The notes under the pieces are model-generated. The model saw nothing but the letters and a program-made list of their open reading frames with translations, had not been told where the DNA came from and made no database searches. A DNA stretch of 64,000 nt, from positions 42,971-106,970 of the forward strand of contig JAJYBI010000008.1 in NCBI GenBank assembly GCA_021779095.1, given 5' to 3'. This DNA comes from Deltaproteobacteria bacterium. Its GTDB lineage: Bacteria > Desulfobacterota > Desulfuromonadia > Geobacterales > JAJYBI01. The position numbers and the translations under genes were made by a program. Below, piece by piece: positions 35,613 through 44,804 of the stretch (position 1 is the first letter of the stretch; each line of letters begins with the position of its first letter).

Positions 35613-36113
35613 ATGATGAAGAGACACCTGATGGTGGTGGCGGTTGCCGTGACGCTGTGCGGGATGGCGACGACGGTTGCGGCCGAGATCTATTGCTATA
35701 CCGACGGGAGGGGGCAACTCCATTTTGTGGACGACATCGCGAAGGTGCCCCGGAAGTACCGCTCGCAGCTGCGGTCGGCGGACGGCTCGGATGCGGTAAG
35801 CACCGTCCCGTCGCCGGCAACCCCGGCGCGTCGGCCAACGTCGTCGCAGTCAGCCTCTCCAAAGGAAAGGGGCCGCCGCTTTACCGGCACGGTGGAGCTG
35901 TACGCCACCGACTGGTGTCCCCACTGCCGCGAAGCCGAGACGTATCTGCAGGCGAACGGAATCCCGTACGCCAGGCACGACATCGAGAAGGACCCGGCGG
36001 CGAAGCGTCGCTTCGACGAGCTCGGCGGCAACGGGGTCCCGCTGATCGTGGTGGGGACGCACAGGATGAGCGGTTTCAGCCCCGAGGCGCTTGAGTACTA
36101 TCTGAGCAGGTAG
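35613..36113 (+). CDS. Exported DUF4124 plus glutaredoxin-domain protein
   Basis: Signal peptide, YTDxxGxxHFxD (DUF4124-like) and a CPHC thioredoxin-fold motif. The start follows a GGAGG RBS. Confidence 0.7.
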   Translation: MMKRHLMVVAVAVTLCGMATTVAAEIYCYTDGRGQLHFVDDIAKVPRKYRSQLRSADGSDAVSTVPSPATPARRPTSSQSASPKERGRRFTGTVELYATDWCPHCREAETYLQANGIPYARHDIEKDPAAKRRFDELGGNGVPLIVVGTHRMSGFSPEALEYYLSR

Positions 36114-36300
36114 CGGCGCCGTCGACCGCCGCGTCCCGGCGGTGCGGGTGAATGATACCTGTTGGCTTCATGGCATTCTGTCGCATTGCGGCAATGCGTT
36201 ACATCCCCCAGGTATTGGCGCATTCCGTGCCGGTTGCCGCGTATGCAGCGCGGGTACGGTGTTGTGTTTCGGTTGATTGCTGTTATAGTCGTTTCCATTC

Positions 36301-36753
36301 ATGCGGTGGTTCCTCTCCCGACATCTGCGGCGTTGTGCCGCTTCCTTCCAGATCGTGGCAATCCTGCTGCTGCACGGTTACGGGCTGGCGCCGGCATGGC
36401 ACACGGCTTGTAAAGGCGGCAAAATAGCGGTCACGCGGCACTGCTGTCAGGACCATGTCTGCCGCTGTACCGTCGGTCCGGACGCGGCGCGGCACTGCTG
36501 CTGCGGGATGCCGCCCGGCGATGATGCCGATGATCCCGCGGGAGACGACGACTCCCGTTCCTTCCGTTCGTTGCCGTGCGGCGACGACGATTCCGATCTG
36601 CTTACCCTGGAAAAGCTGAAATACCTGCCCGTTCCATCGCCGACGTTCCGTGCGTGCGCGGCGCCAAACCTGTTCAACTCCCGGTACGCGATGGTCTGCC
36701 CCAGCCGCGCCATCGAACCGCAGGTCCCTCCCCCCCGGTTGTTCTCCGCCTGA
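36301..36753 (+). CDS. Hypothetical cysteine/histidine-rich small protein (possibly exported)
   Basis: HCC, CRC, HCCCG and Asp-rich stretches. Upstream of a TonB-dependent receptor. Weak coding evidence. Confidence 0.3.
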   Translation: MRWFLSRHLRRCAASFQIVAILLLHGYGLAPAWHTACKGGKIAVTRHCCQDHVCRCTVGPDAARHCCCGMPPGDDADDPAGDDDSRSFRSLPCGDDDSDLLTLEKLKYLPVPSPTFRACAAPNLFNSRYAMVCPSRAIEPQVPPPRLFSA

Positions 36754-36877
36754 TTCAGATTGCCTTTTCGAGATGCCGGACAAGCCGGCGTTGACCGTCC
36801 GCGCGCGCCCGGTACGGGACCGGTGCGCCCGGCGGCAGGCGTGCATTACATTACTCACGAAAATTGCGGAGGATTTC

Positions 36878-38896
36878 ATGAAGCGTGTCGTCATCGCTGC
36901 GGCGCTGCTCGCCCTGGGGGGGACCGACGCCGGTACAACCCGGGCGGAGAACCTGCAGCTGGAGGAGATCGTCATCAAGGGGGAGCAGGAGTCTCCCCGC
37001 GAGGAGAGCCTGACCATCAGGGAGGTGAGGGAAAGCCCCGCCCGGGACATGGGCGAGGCGCTGAAGCGGGTGGAGGGGATCTCTGTCGTGCGGAAGGGGG
37101 CCATCGCCAACGACGTGGTGCTCAGGGGGTTCCAGAAGGACAACATCAACGTGCTGGTGGACGGCGTCCGTATCTACGGCGCCTGCCCGTCGCGCATGGA
37201 CCCGCCGGCGTTCCACTACGACTTCGCCGAGATCGAGCAGGTGACGGTGGTGAAGGGGCCGTACGACCTGGAGAACCCGGGCGGGGTCGGGGGTGTGATC
37301 GATGCCCGGACCAGGAAGCCTGCTCAAGGTTTCGGCGGCGAGTTTACGGGGAGCTACGGGTCGTACGACAGCGTCAACACGTCGCTTACCGGCTCCTACG
37401 GTACGGACCGGTACGACATCCTCGGCGGCTACGCCTTCAAGTATTCGGGGGTGCCCGAATCGGGCGACGGGCGGAAGATCACCGAGATCCTCGGGACGAG
37501 CCCGAACCGCTACCGGCCCGAGGCGCTGGATTCCAGGGCGTACCTGATCAATACCGGCTGGTTCAGGGTGGGGCTGAACCCCGCGGCGAATGCCCGCACG
37601 GAGCTGGGGTACAGTCACCAGGACGCGGACCATGTGCTGTACCCCTACCTGAAGATGGATGCGGAGTACGACCGGACCGACCGGCTGAACTGGAGCTGGC
37701 GGGTCGCCTATCCGTCGCCGGTGGTGCGGGAGCTGAAGCTGCAGGCCTACTGGGACAGGGTGAGCCATCTCATGAACGACCGGTTGCGGGCGAGCTCGAC
37801 GACGACGGCGCGCCCCTATTCCATGCAGACCGACGCCCGCACCCAGGTGGCGGGGGCCAGGGTGAACACGCGGCTTAAAGTGGGGCCCGGCACCCTGATC
37901 ACCGGCGCCGACTACTACAACCGGAACTGGGACGCCCGGAACGTGCGCGCCATGTACACCACGGCGTCTCCCTATACCCTGCAGAACATGATCCCCGACG
38001 TGTACGTGGACAACTTCGGCGTCTACCTCGGCTACGAGCTCCCCCTCGGGGAGCGGGTCACGCTGAAGACGGGGATGCGGGGCGACCTCACCTGGGTCAA
38101 CGCGGACCGGACCAACGCGCTGACCACGTCGTTCGGAAAGGGCCGCGACTACGGGGAGTTCGGGGGGAACCTGCAGCTGACCTGGCTGCCGGTGAAGGAG
38201 GTGGAGCTGTTTGCCGGCTTCGGCCGCGGCTCGCGCACCCCCGATCCGCAGGAGCTGTACATCCACCTCCCCGGGACGCCGACCTGGAGCGGCGATCCAG
38301 GCCTTCGGCCGACGCTGAACCATCAGTTCGACGTCGGCGCAAAGTATGCGAACGAGCGGTTCTATGTCAATGCGGCGATGTTCTACGGCATTCTGCAGGA
38401 CTACGTGAACTTCGAGCAGGCGGGCCCCTCCCTCAAGCGGTACATGAACGTGAACGCCACCATGTGGGGGGCGGAGCTGGGATCGCAGCTGGCGCTCCCC
38501 TTCGACCTGTTCATCCGTGGCGCACTCTCCTACGCGGAAGGTGAAAACACCGACGGCCACCGCCCCCTCTCGGAGATACCTCCCTTGAAGGGGCTGCTCT
38601 CGGTGCGCTACGACAACGGCACCTGGTTCGCCGAGGCGGTGCAGAACTTCGCCGCCCGCCAGGACCGGGTGGACCCGAACCTCAACGAGCAGGAGACGGC
38701 GGGCTGGATGACCACCGACCTGAAGGCGGGTGCTTCTGCCGGCGCGCTGTCCGTTTATGCGGGGATCGACAACCTGCTGGACAAGTTCTACTACAGCCAC
38801 CTCTCGTACCTGCGCGACCCGTTCGCGGGCGGCGTGGGGTTCAAGGTGCCGGAGAACGGCCGGAACTTCTACCTGACGGTGGCGTACCGGTTCTGA
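36878..38896 (+). CDS. TonB-dependent outer-membrane receptor
   Basis: Signal peptide, plug domain (VVLRGF...NVLVDGVRIYG) and the C-terminal terminal-F beta-barrel motif (YLTVAYRF). GGAGG RBS before ATG 36878. Confidence 0.85.
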   Translation: MKRVVIAAALLALGGTDAGTTRAENLQLEEIVIKGEQESPREESLTIREVRESPARDMGEALKRVEGISVVRKGAIANDVVLRGFQKDNINVLVDGVRIYGACPSRMDPPAFHYDFAEIEQVTVVKGPYDLENPGGVGGVIDARTRKPAQGFGGEFTGSYGSYDSVNTSLTGSYGTDRYDILGGYAFKYSGVPESGDGRKITEILGTSPNRYRPEALDSRAYLINTGWFRVGLNPAANARTELGYSHQDADHVLYPYLKMDAEYDRTDRLNWSWRVAYPSPVVRELKLQAYWDRVSHLMNDRLRASSTTTARPYSMQTDARTQVAGARVNTRLKVGPGTLITGADYYNRNWDARNVRAMYTTASPYTLQNMIPDVYVDNFGVYLGYELPLGERVTLKTGMRGDLTWVNADRTNALTTSFGKGRDYGEFGGNLQLTWLPVKEVELFAGFGRGSRTPDPQELYIHLPGTPTWSGDPGLRPTLNHQFDVGAKYANERFYVNAAMFYGILQDYVNFEQAGPSLKRYMNVNATMWGAELGSQLALPFDLFIRGALSYAEGENTDGHRPLSEIPPLKGLLSVRYDNGTWFAEAVQNFAARQDRVDPNLNEQETAGWMTTDLKAGASAGALSVYAGIDNLLDKFYYSHLSYLRDPFAGGVGFKVPENGRNFYLTVAYRF

Positions 38897-38981
38897 TCGC
38901 GTTTCCTTCATGGCGTCCGGGGGCGGTCCGCCGCCCCCGCTTTTCCAGCCCCCGGCGTGCCGGGGGTGATAGGTGTCCGGA

Positions 38982-39740
38982 ATGCACAACAAAACCTTAC
39001 GCGACATGACCCGGTGGTGCGTACTCTCCGGCGGGCTGCATGTCGCGTTGCTGGCGATACTGATCGTTGCCGCCGGTGACAGGGGCGCCGATCGGGCGCC
39101 GCCGGCAATCATCGAACTGGATCTGCGGACCGTCCCGCGTTCTCCGACGGAACCGGCGACGGCCGTTTCGTCTGTGCCGGAGGTCCCGCCGAAGCCGGCT
39201 TCTCCTCCCGTAGCGCCGGTGCAGCGGCATACGCTTTCTCCGCCAGCCCCGACTCCGGCGCCGCATCCGTCCGTGTCACCAGCGGCGGTCGCGGAGGCCG
39301 CACCTCCGTCACGGCAGGCCCCGGCGTCAGTACCTGATACGGTTTTTCATCCGCCGGGGCGGGCAGGCGCACCCCCGCAGTCGTTGCCTGCCGTGCCTGT
39401 TCCCGCGCCGACGGCTCTCCCTCCGGTGAAACCGGACGGAGGCGCGGTCCGTTCCCGCTATCTGGCGATCGTGCGGGGAAGGATCGAACGGTTCAAGGAG
39501 TACCCGGTCATGGCGAGGCGTGGACGGGTCGAGGGGACCGCCGTCGTCAGGTTCGTGCTGGTGCGCTCCGGTGCGGTGCAGGAGGTTTCCGTTGCCCGTT
39601 CGTCCGGATCGGGGCTTTTGGACGGTGCCGCACTGCGGGCGGTCCGCTCGGCGGGCGGGTTCCCGCCGCTGCCGGTGGAGATCGCCGGCGATGAGGTGTC
39701 ACTGGAGCTGCCGCTGACCTTCCGGCTGTCCGGCGGGTGA
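38982..39740 (+). CDS. tonB: Energy transducer TonB
   Basis: N-terminal TM helix, Pro-rich spacer and a TonB C-terminal domain (YPVMARRGRVEGTAVVRFVL). Confidence 0.7.
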   Translation: MHNKTLRDMTRWCVLSGGLHVALLAILIVAAGDRGADRAPPAIIELDLRTVPRSPTEPATAVSSVPEVPPKPASPPVAPVQRHTLSPPAPTPAPHPSVSPAAVAEAAPPSRQAPASVPDTVFHPPGRAGAPPQSLPAVPVPAPTALPPVKPDGGAVRSRYLAIVRGRIERFKEYPVMARRGRVEGTAVVRFVLVRSGAVQEVSVARSSGSGLLDGAALRAVRSAGGFPPLPVEIAGDEVSLELPLTFRLSGG

Positions 39741-39859
39741 CGGGCGACGCCGATCGCCATGCAGTACTCCGTCCCGCGGCCCGGGATAAGATTCTTTTCA
39801 TTGCGTTCTGCGAGGTGCATTGGTAGTATTGCCGAAACGCGCAGTGGGAGGGGATTCGG

Positions 39860-40303
39860 GTGCAGGTGCAGTGGTGGTACTGGATTGCATTGGGGTTCGG
39901 TTTGATCGGTCTCGAGCTGGTCATTCCATCGTTTACCATCATCTGGTTCGGGATCGGTGCAGTCGTAACGGGAATGGTCCTGCTCGTGTTTCCCGCGTTC
40001 CCGCTGGCGGCGCAGATTCTCGTCTGGACGGCCGCATCCGTTCTCTGTGCGGTGGGGTGGTTCCGCCATCTGAAGCCCCGGGTCGACCGGACCAGGTCGG
40101 GTCTGTCCAAGGAGGCGGTGGTCGGGGAGATCGGGCTCGTGAAACGGGGGGCGGAACCGTACGAACGGGGGATCGTCCGGTTTCAGGTTGCGCTGCTCGG
40201 CGACGACGAGTGGCCGTTCTTTGCGGATGAGCCGCTGAAGCCGGGCGACCGGGTGCGGGTCATCGATGTGGAAGGTCATGTGCTGAAGGTGATCAAACTG
40301 TGA
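39860..40303 (+). CDS. NfeD-family membrane protein (short form)
   Basis: Two TM helices plus a C-terminal OB-like beta domain. Precedes the SPFH gene. Confidence 0.8.
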   Translation: MQVQWWYWIALGFGLIGLELVIPSFTIIWFGIGAVVTGMVLLVFPAFPLAAQILVWTAASVLCAVGWFRHLKPRVDRTRSGLSKEAVVGEIGLVKRGAEPYERGIVRFQVALLGDDEWPFFADEPLKPGDRVRVIDVEGHVLKVIKL

Positions 40304-40313
40304 GGGGGAGTCA

Positions 40314-41168
40314 ATGACCGCGGGTGTTATCGTTCTGGCAATACTGTTCATTGTCGTGCTGGCCACCATTGTTGCGGGGGTGCGGATCGTCCCCCAGGGG
40401 CAGGAGCATGTGGTCCAGCGGCTGGGGAAGTATCACGCCACCCTGAAGCCGGGGCTCAACTTCATCATCCCCTATGTGGACACGGTGAGCTTCCGGCTTA
40501 CCACGAAAGACATCGTGATGGATATCGGTGCCCAGGAGGCGATCACGAAGGACAACGCGGTGATCGTCGCCAACGCCATCGCCTTCATCAAGGTCATCGA
40601 TCCGGTGAAGGCGGTGTACGGCATCAACGACTATGCCTACGCGATCCAGAACCTCGTCATGACCACGCTGCGGGCGATCATCGGCGAGATGGAGCTGGAC
40701 AAGGCGCTTTCGTCGCGGGACCTGATCAAGACCCGGCTGAAGGACGTGATCTCCGACGACGTGACCGACTGGGGGATTCTCGTGAAGTCGGTGGAGATCC
40801 AGGATATCAAGCCGTCGGACTCCATGCAGAAGGCGATGGAGCAGCAGGCGTCCGCGGAGCGGCTCAAGCGCGCCACGATCCTGGAGGCGGAGGGGCGCAA
40901 GGAGGCGGCCATCCTGGAGGCGGAGGGGAAGCTGCAGGCCGCCAAACGCGAGGCGGAGGCGCAGATTACCCTCGCAGACGCATCCGCCAAGGCCATCGCC
41001 GAGATTTCGAGCGCGGTGGGCGACCGGGAGCTGCCGGCGGTGTTCCTGCTGGGTGACCGGTACGTGAACGCGATCCAGAAGCTGTCCGTTTCCGGCAACG
41101 CCAAGACGTTCGTGCTGCCTGCGGACATACTCGGTGCGGTGAAGGGGATGCTGGGCGGGCGGCAGTAG
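40314..41168 (+). CDS. SPFH/Band-7 (stomatin/HflC-like) protein
   Basis: Classical stomatin core (IVPQGQEHVVQRLGKYHATLKPGLNFIIPYVD...). Confidence 0.9.
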   Translation: MTAGVIVLAILFIVVLATIVAGVRIVPQGQEHVVQRLGKYHATLKPGLNFIIPYVDTVSFRLTTKDIVMDIGAQEAITKDNAVIVANAIAFIKVIDPVKAVYGINDYAYAIQNLVMTTLRAIIGEMELDKALSSRDLIKTRLKDVISDDVTDWGILVKSVEIQDIKPSDSMQKAMEQQASAERLKRATILEAEGRKEAAILEAEGKLQAAKREAEAQITLADASAKAIAEISSAVGDRELPAVFLLGDRYVNAIQKLSVSGNAKTFVLPADILGAVKGMLGGRQ

Positions 41169-41198
41169 GGTACGTCCGCCTGCGGTCCGACGGATGAG

Positions 41199-41224
41199 AA
41201 GGCGGGGCGTTCCCCGCCTTTTTT
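41199..41224. terminator. Bidirectional intrinsic terminator between the SPFH gene (+) and uspA (-)
   Basis: aaGGCGGGGcgttCCCCGCCtttttt, with an A-run on the other side. Confidence 0.75.
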
Positions 41225-41229
41225 GCTGT

Positions 41230-41685
41230 TCAGCCCCGTACGACGTACACCGAACAGCGTGCGTTCTTCACGACCTTGTTTGATACGCTCCCCAGTACGT
41301 TCCGTTTGATGAACCCCTTCCCCGTGCTGCCGATGATGATGACGTCGATATCCTCCTGCTCCGCGAAGGCGATCAGCTCGTCGGCGGGGTCTCCGTATGC
41401 CTCCCTGATCTCGAGGGGGATGCCGGCGTCGGCGCAGTCCTTCTCGATGACATAGAAGATGCGATGGCGCATCTCCTGCCAGTCCTTCGACTCGGTGATC
41501 GGCGGTGCGGGGACGAAGTCGGTGAACGTGCTGCGGGGGGCGTTGGGGAGGACGAGCATGGCATATATTTTGCTTTTATTCGGGCTCTGGTTGCCCGCCG
41601 CCATTCGTACCGCCTCTTCGGCGGCCTTGTCGGAGAGCGGCGAGCCATCGATGGCAACGAGTATGTTCTTTTTCAGATTCAGCAT
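41230..41685 (-). CDS. uspA: Universal stress protein (UspA family)
   Basis: USP fold with the ATP motif GSTGKGF. Confidence 0.85.
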   Translation of the reverse strand: MLNLKKNILVAIDGSPLSDKAAEEAVRMAAGNQSPNKSKIYAMLVLPNAPRSTFTDFVPAPPITESKDWQEMRHRIFYVIEKDCADAGIPLEIREAYGDPADELIAFAEQEDIDVIIIGSTGKGFIKRNVLGSVSNKVVKNARCSVYVVRG

Positions 41686-42009
41686 GGAAGCCTCCGGTGC
41701 CCTCGCGACCGATCCGTGTGATTTTTAAGGTGATTTGGCATGCAACAATGAACGGATATTAAAACATATTTTCCGTCTTGACAATTATAAAACATTATTC
41801 TATCGTTTTTGTGTGCTGCAATATGCCGAATATTCAGGTGCGCACTGCGGTTCGGAATGTGCCGCTGAAGTTGCACTGTTGTAGAAGGCAGATGCAAATA
41901 AAACGTGGCGGGATGTTGCAAAATTCCACGTTGTTCTGAAGAGATACAGCCCGTGCGGCCCCGGTTACGCGGCCGTACGTTCGATTAAACTACATTCTAC
42001 TCCTGGCAG

Positions 42010-42801
42010 GTGTCCCAAATGGCGAAGAAAGAAAAATCGGAATATATCATCCAGGCGGTTTCCCATGCCCTCGATCTCCTGGAGCAGTTTCACGACGACG
42101 TGGACGAACTCGGCGTTACCGAACTGAGCAAGCGGCTGAAGCTCCACAAGAACAACGTGTTCAGGCTCTTGGCTACCCTCGAGTCACGCAACTACATCGA
42201 GCAGAACAAGGTTACCGAGAACTACCGTCTCGGCCTCAAGACCCTGGAACTGGGGCAGACCTTCATCAAGCAGATGGGGCTCTTGCGCCAGTCGCGGCCG
42301 GTGCTGGAGTCGCTCGTCGCCGCGTGCAACGAGACGACCTACGTGGCGATCCTCAAGGACCTGAACATCGTCTATCTCGACGTGGTGGAAACCGATCTCA
42401 CGGTGCGGGTCGTTCCCCGGGTCGGGTCGCGGCTTCCCGCCTACTGCACCGCCGCCGGCAAGGTACAGATTGCCTACATGACCGACGAGGAGCTGGAGGC
42501 CTACCTGCAGCCCAGGGACCTCAAGCCGTTCACCGAGTATACCATCGTCGACCGTGACGCGCTGAAGAAGAACCTGCGGGAGATCGCCGAGCAGGGGTAC
42601 GCCATCGACAACGAGGAACTCGACCTCGGGGTACGCTGCGTGGGGGCGCCGATCCGCGACTACACGCGCCGTATCGTGGGGGCGGTGAGCATCTCCGGTC
42701 CGTCCATGCGGTTCAACGACGAGCGTCTGGAGAAGGAACTCATCCCGCTGGTGAAGAAGGCCGGCGAGGAGATCTCCTCCAAGCTCGGCTACCACAAATA
42801 G
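42010..42801 (+). CDS. IclR-family transcriptional regulator
   Basis: N-terminal wHTH and a C-terminal IclR effector domain. ATG 42019 is an alternative start. Confidence 0.85.
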   Translation: MSQMAKKEKSEYIIQAVSHALDLLEQFHDDVDELGVTELSKRLKLHKNNVFRLLATLESRNYIEQNKVTENYRLGLKTLELGQTFIKQMGLLRQSRPVLESLVAACNETTYVAILKDLNIVYLDVVETDLTVRVVPRVGSRLPAYCTAAGKVQIAYMTDEELEAYLQPRDLKPFTEYTIVDRDALKKNLREIAEQGYAIDNEELDLGVRCVGAPIRDYTRRIVGAVSISGPSMRFNDERLEKELIPLVKKAGEEISSKLGYHK

Positions 42802-42823
42802 GCGCGGGCAGCATATCGGAATG

Positions 42824-42856
42824 GACGGGGCGCTACTGGCGCCCCGTTTTCGTTTC
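42824..42856. terminator. Hairpin terminator shared by the convergent IclR (+) and coaE (-) genes; overlaps the coaE stop
   Basis: gACGGGGCGCtactGGCGCCCCGTtttcgtttc. The coaE stop codon lies in the loop. Confidence 0.55.
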
Positions 42857-43459
42857 AGGTGGGGCGGCAGCCAGCCGGTTTCGCCATGCCGCCGCGACCT
42901 GTTCCTCCGTCCGGTGGAGGTCCCCGCTGTTGTCGATCACCACGACCCCGTGCCGCGCCTTTTCCTCCATCGGCATCTGCGAGCGGATGCGCGCCAGCGC
43001 CGCGTCCCGCTCGAGGCCGTCCCGCTCCGAGAGACGCCTGAGCTGTGTTTCACCGTCCACGTAGACCACCCAGACCTCGTCCACCCGCGAGGTCACCCCC
43101 GCCTCGATGAGCAGCGCCGCCATGTAGACCGCCACCTGCGTTCCGGCGGTCCGCAGTGCGGTGAGCTCAGCCTCCGCACGCCGGCCGATGGCCGGATGGG
43201 TGATCTCCTCCAGCCGCCTGCGCGCCGCCGGGTCGGCGAAGACGATCGCCCCCAGCCGCTGCCGGTCGATGGTTCCGTCGGGCTGCAGCACCTCCGGTCC
43301 GAACGCCTCGGCGATGGCCAGAAGCGCCGGCTCGCCGGGCATGACCACCTCTCTCGCCAGCCGGTCCGCGTCGATGACGGCGGCGCCGCGCTTCTCCAGC
43401 ATCCGGGCGACGGTGGATTTTCCCGAGGCGATGCCGCCGGTGAGGCCGATGATCCTCAT
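42833..43459 (-). CDS. coaE: Dephospho-CoA kinase
   Basis: MRIIGLTGGIASGKST P-loop, 208 aa. Confidence 0.9.
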   Translation of the reverse strand: MRIIGLTGGIASGKSTVARMLEKRGAAVIDADRLAREVVMPGEPALLAIAEAFGPEVLQPDGTIDRQRLGAIVFADPAARRRLEEITHPAIGRRAEAELTALRTAGTQVAVYMAALLIEAGVTSRVDEVWVVYVDGETQLRRLSERDGLERDAALARIRSQMPMEEKARHGVVVIDNSGDLHRTEEQVAAAWRNRLAAAPPETKTGRQ

Positions 43460-44589
43460 GCCGCCGGCTCCTTGAGCACGCCGTTGTCCAAGAGCGTCAG
43501 ACGGCTGCCGTCGGAAAGGACGACCTTGAGGGTCGGGGCATAGAAGACGTAGTCCTCGTGGAACGGGGTGCTGACCGTGCCGCCGAACCCGGCGTTGTCC
43601 CCCAGGGCGATGTGTACCGTGCCGAGGATCTTCTCCGCCTCCAGGATGTTGTCCGGCCGGGTGGCGCGGTCATTGGTGCCGATCCCCAGCTCGGCGATGT
43701 TGCGGTTCAGCCCGCTCTCGGCGAATTTCGCCTCCAGTTCCGTGCGGTGTGGTTCGTCGCCGCGGATCTCCACGACGCGTCCCCCCTTTACCACGAGCTC
43801 CAGGGGGGCGGCGAGCCTGCGGGTCGGCGCATACTCGATCACCATGATCCCCTCGCAGGTTCCCTCAAGTGGTGCCAGGTAGACCTCCCCCGCCGGCAGG
43901 TTGCCGAAGCTTCCCGGCGTCGTCAGGAGGCCGTCGTCCCCCCTGGCGGTGCGCCCCTCTTTGCCGAAAATCATCCGGGTGCCGTTGGGGGTTTCCAGCT
44001 CCAGCGCCACCCCCCGGTTCACCCGGCCGGCGAGGCGGGCGGTGCGCTGCGCAAGGGCGTGCCAGTCCACGCGCATGGAACTGCCGAACATGGCGGGATC
44101 GAAGTTGGGGAGGCTCGCGTAGCGGGTGCCGGTGATGTTGGTCAGTGAACGGAACCGGGTGTGGCTCGTGGAGTTGTTGGAGAGGGCGATCACCACGTCC
44201 GCCGTCTCCTCGCGGTGGGCGAGCACCAGTTCGGAGGTTTGCCCCAGCCGGGTGTCGTCCGCCCGTTTCGCCAGGAGCGGGGCAAACAGCCCCGCCGCGA
44301 TCAGCGCATCGACGCACCGGTTGCCGAAGGTTTCCCGCCAGAGCGCCTCCGGGGGTTCCGCCCCGTGGGCGGCGGTGGCGGGGAAGGTGACGAACGCCGC
44401 GCTGCCGTATCTCGTTGCGGCGAAGGCCGCCACCTCTTCCGCCGCCTGCAGAAGACGGGCGCGGCGGTCCGCGTCCGCCGGCGACACGGTCTCATCCGGG
44501 CGGATCGTATCGCAGAACACGACGATCCGTTCTCCCGGGCATACCCCCATGTTGGTCTCGAAGAGGGATGCGTATGCGGCGTCTCCCAT
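43456..44589 (-). CDS. M29-family aminopeptidase (AmpS/aminopeptidase T-like)
   Basis: 377 aa with M29-like conserved blocks. Overlaps the coaE start by 4 nt. Confidence 0.75.
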   Translation of the reverse strand: MGDAAYASLFETNMGVCPGERIVVFCDTIRPDETVSPADADRRARLLQAAEEVAAFAATRYGSAAFVTFPATAAHGAEPPEALWRETFGNRCVDALIAAGLFAPLLAKRADDTRLGQTSELVLAHREETADVVIALSNNSTSHTRFRSLTNITGTRYASLPNFDPAMFGSSMRVDWHALAQRTARLAGRVNRGVALELETPNGTRMIFGKEGRTARGDDGLLTTPGSFGNLPAGEVYLAPLEGTCEGIMVIEYAPTRRLAAPLELVVKGGRVVEIRGDEPHRTELEAKFAESGLNRNIAELGIGTNDRATRPDNILEAEKILGTVHIALGDNAGFGGTVSTPFHEDYVFYAPTLKVVLSDGSRLTLLDNGVLKEPAA

Positions 44590-44804
44590 GGCATGCTCCT
44601 TTGGCGTGTAATTGGATGCCCTATTCCTATAGCAGAGCGGACCGGCGGTGGCAATCCGCCGGAGGAACAGGGTTATATTTTTTCCCTTGATTTCGCCGGC
44701 GTGATTGTGCTACTACTGCATACTGTATACAGTTTCACCTCGACAAATTTCCCTTTTATTGCAACAGGTTATCTCGTGCAGCCGGAGCGTGGCAACGGTT
44801 TTGC

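Noticed and set aside
36120-36300. Cobalamin riboswitch upstream of the TonB-dependent receptor
   Set aside because: No B12-box-like core (…GCCACTG… / AGYCMGG…CCKGCC) or GGGAA/GGTGC elements recognised by eye. Left as unverified rather than called.
41700-41760. Sigma54 promoter suggested by 'TGGCATGCAACA' in the uspA/IclR divergent region
   Set aside because: There is no TTGC at the correct N5 spacing after GG, on either strand. Only noted as an AT-rich divergent promoter region.
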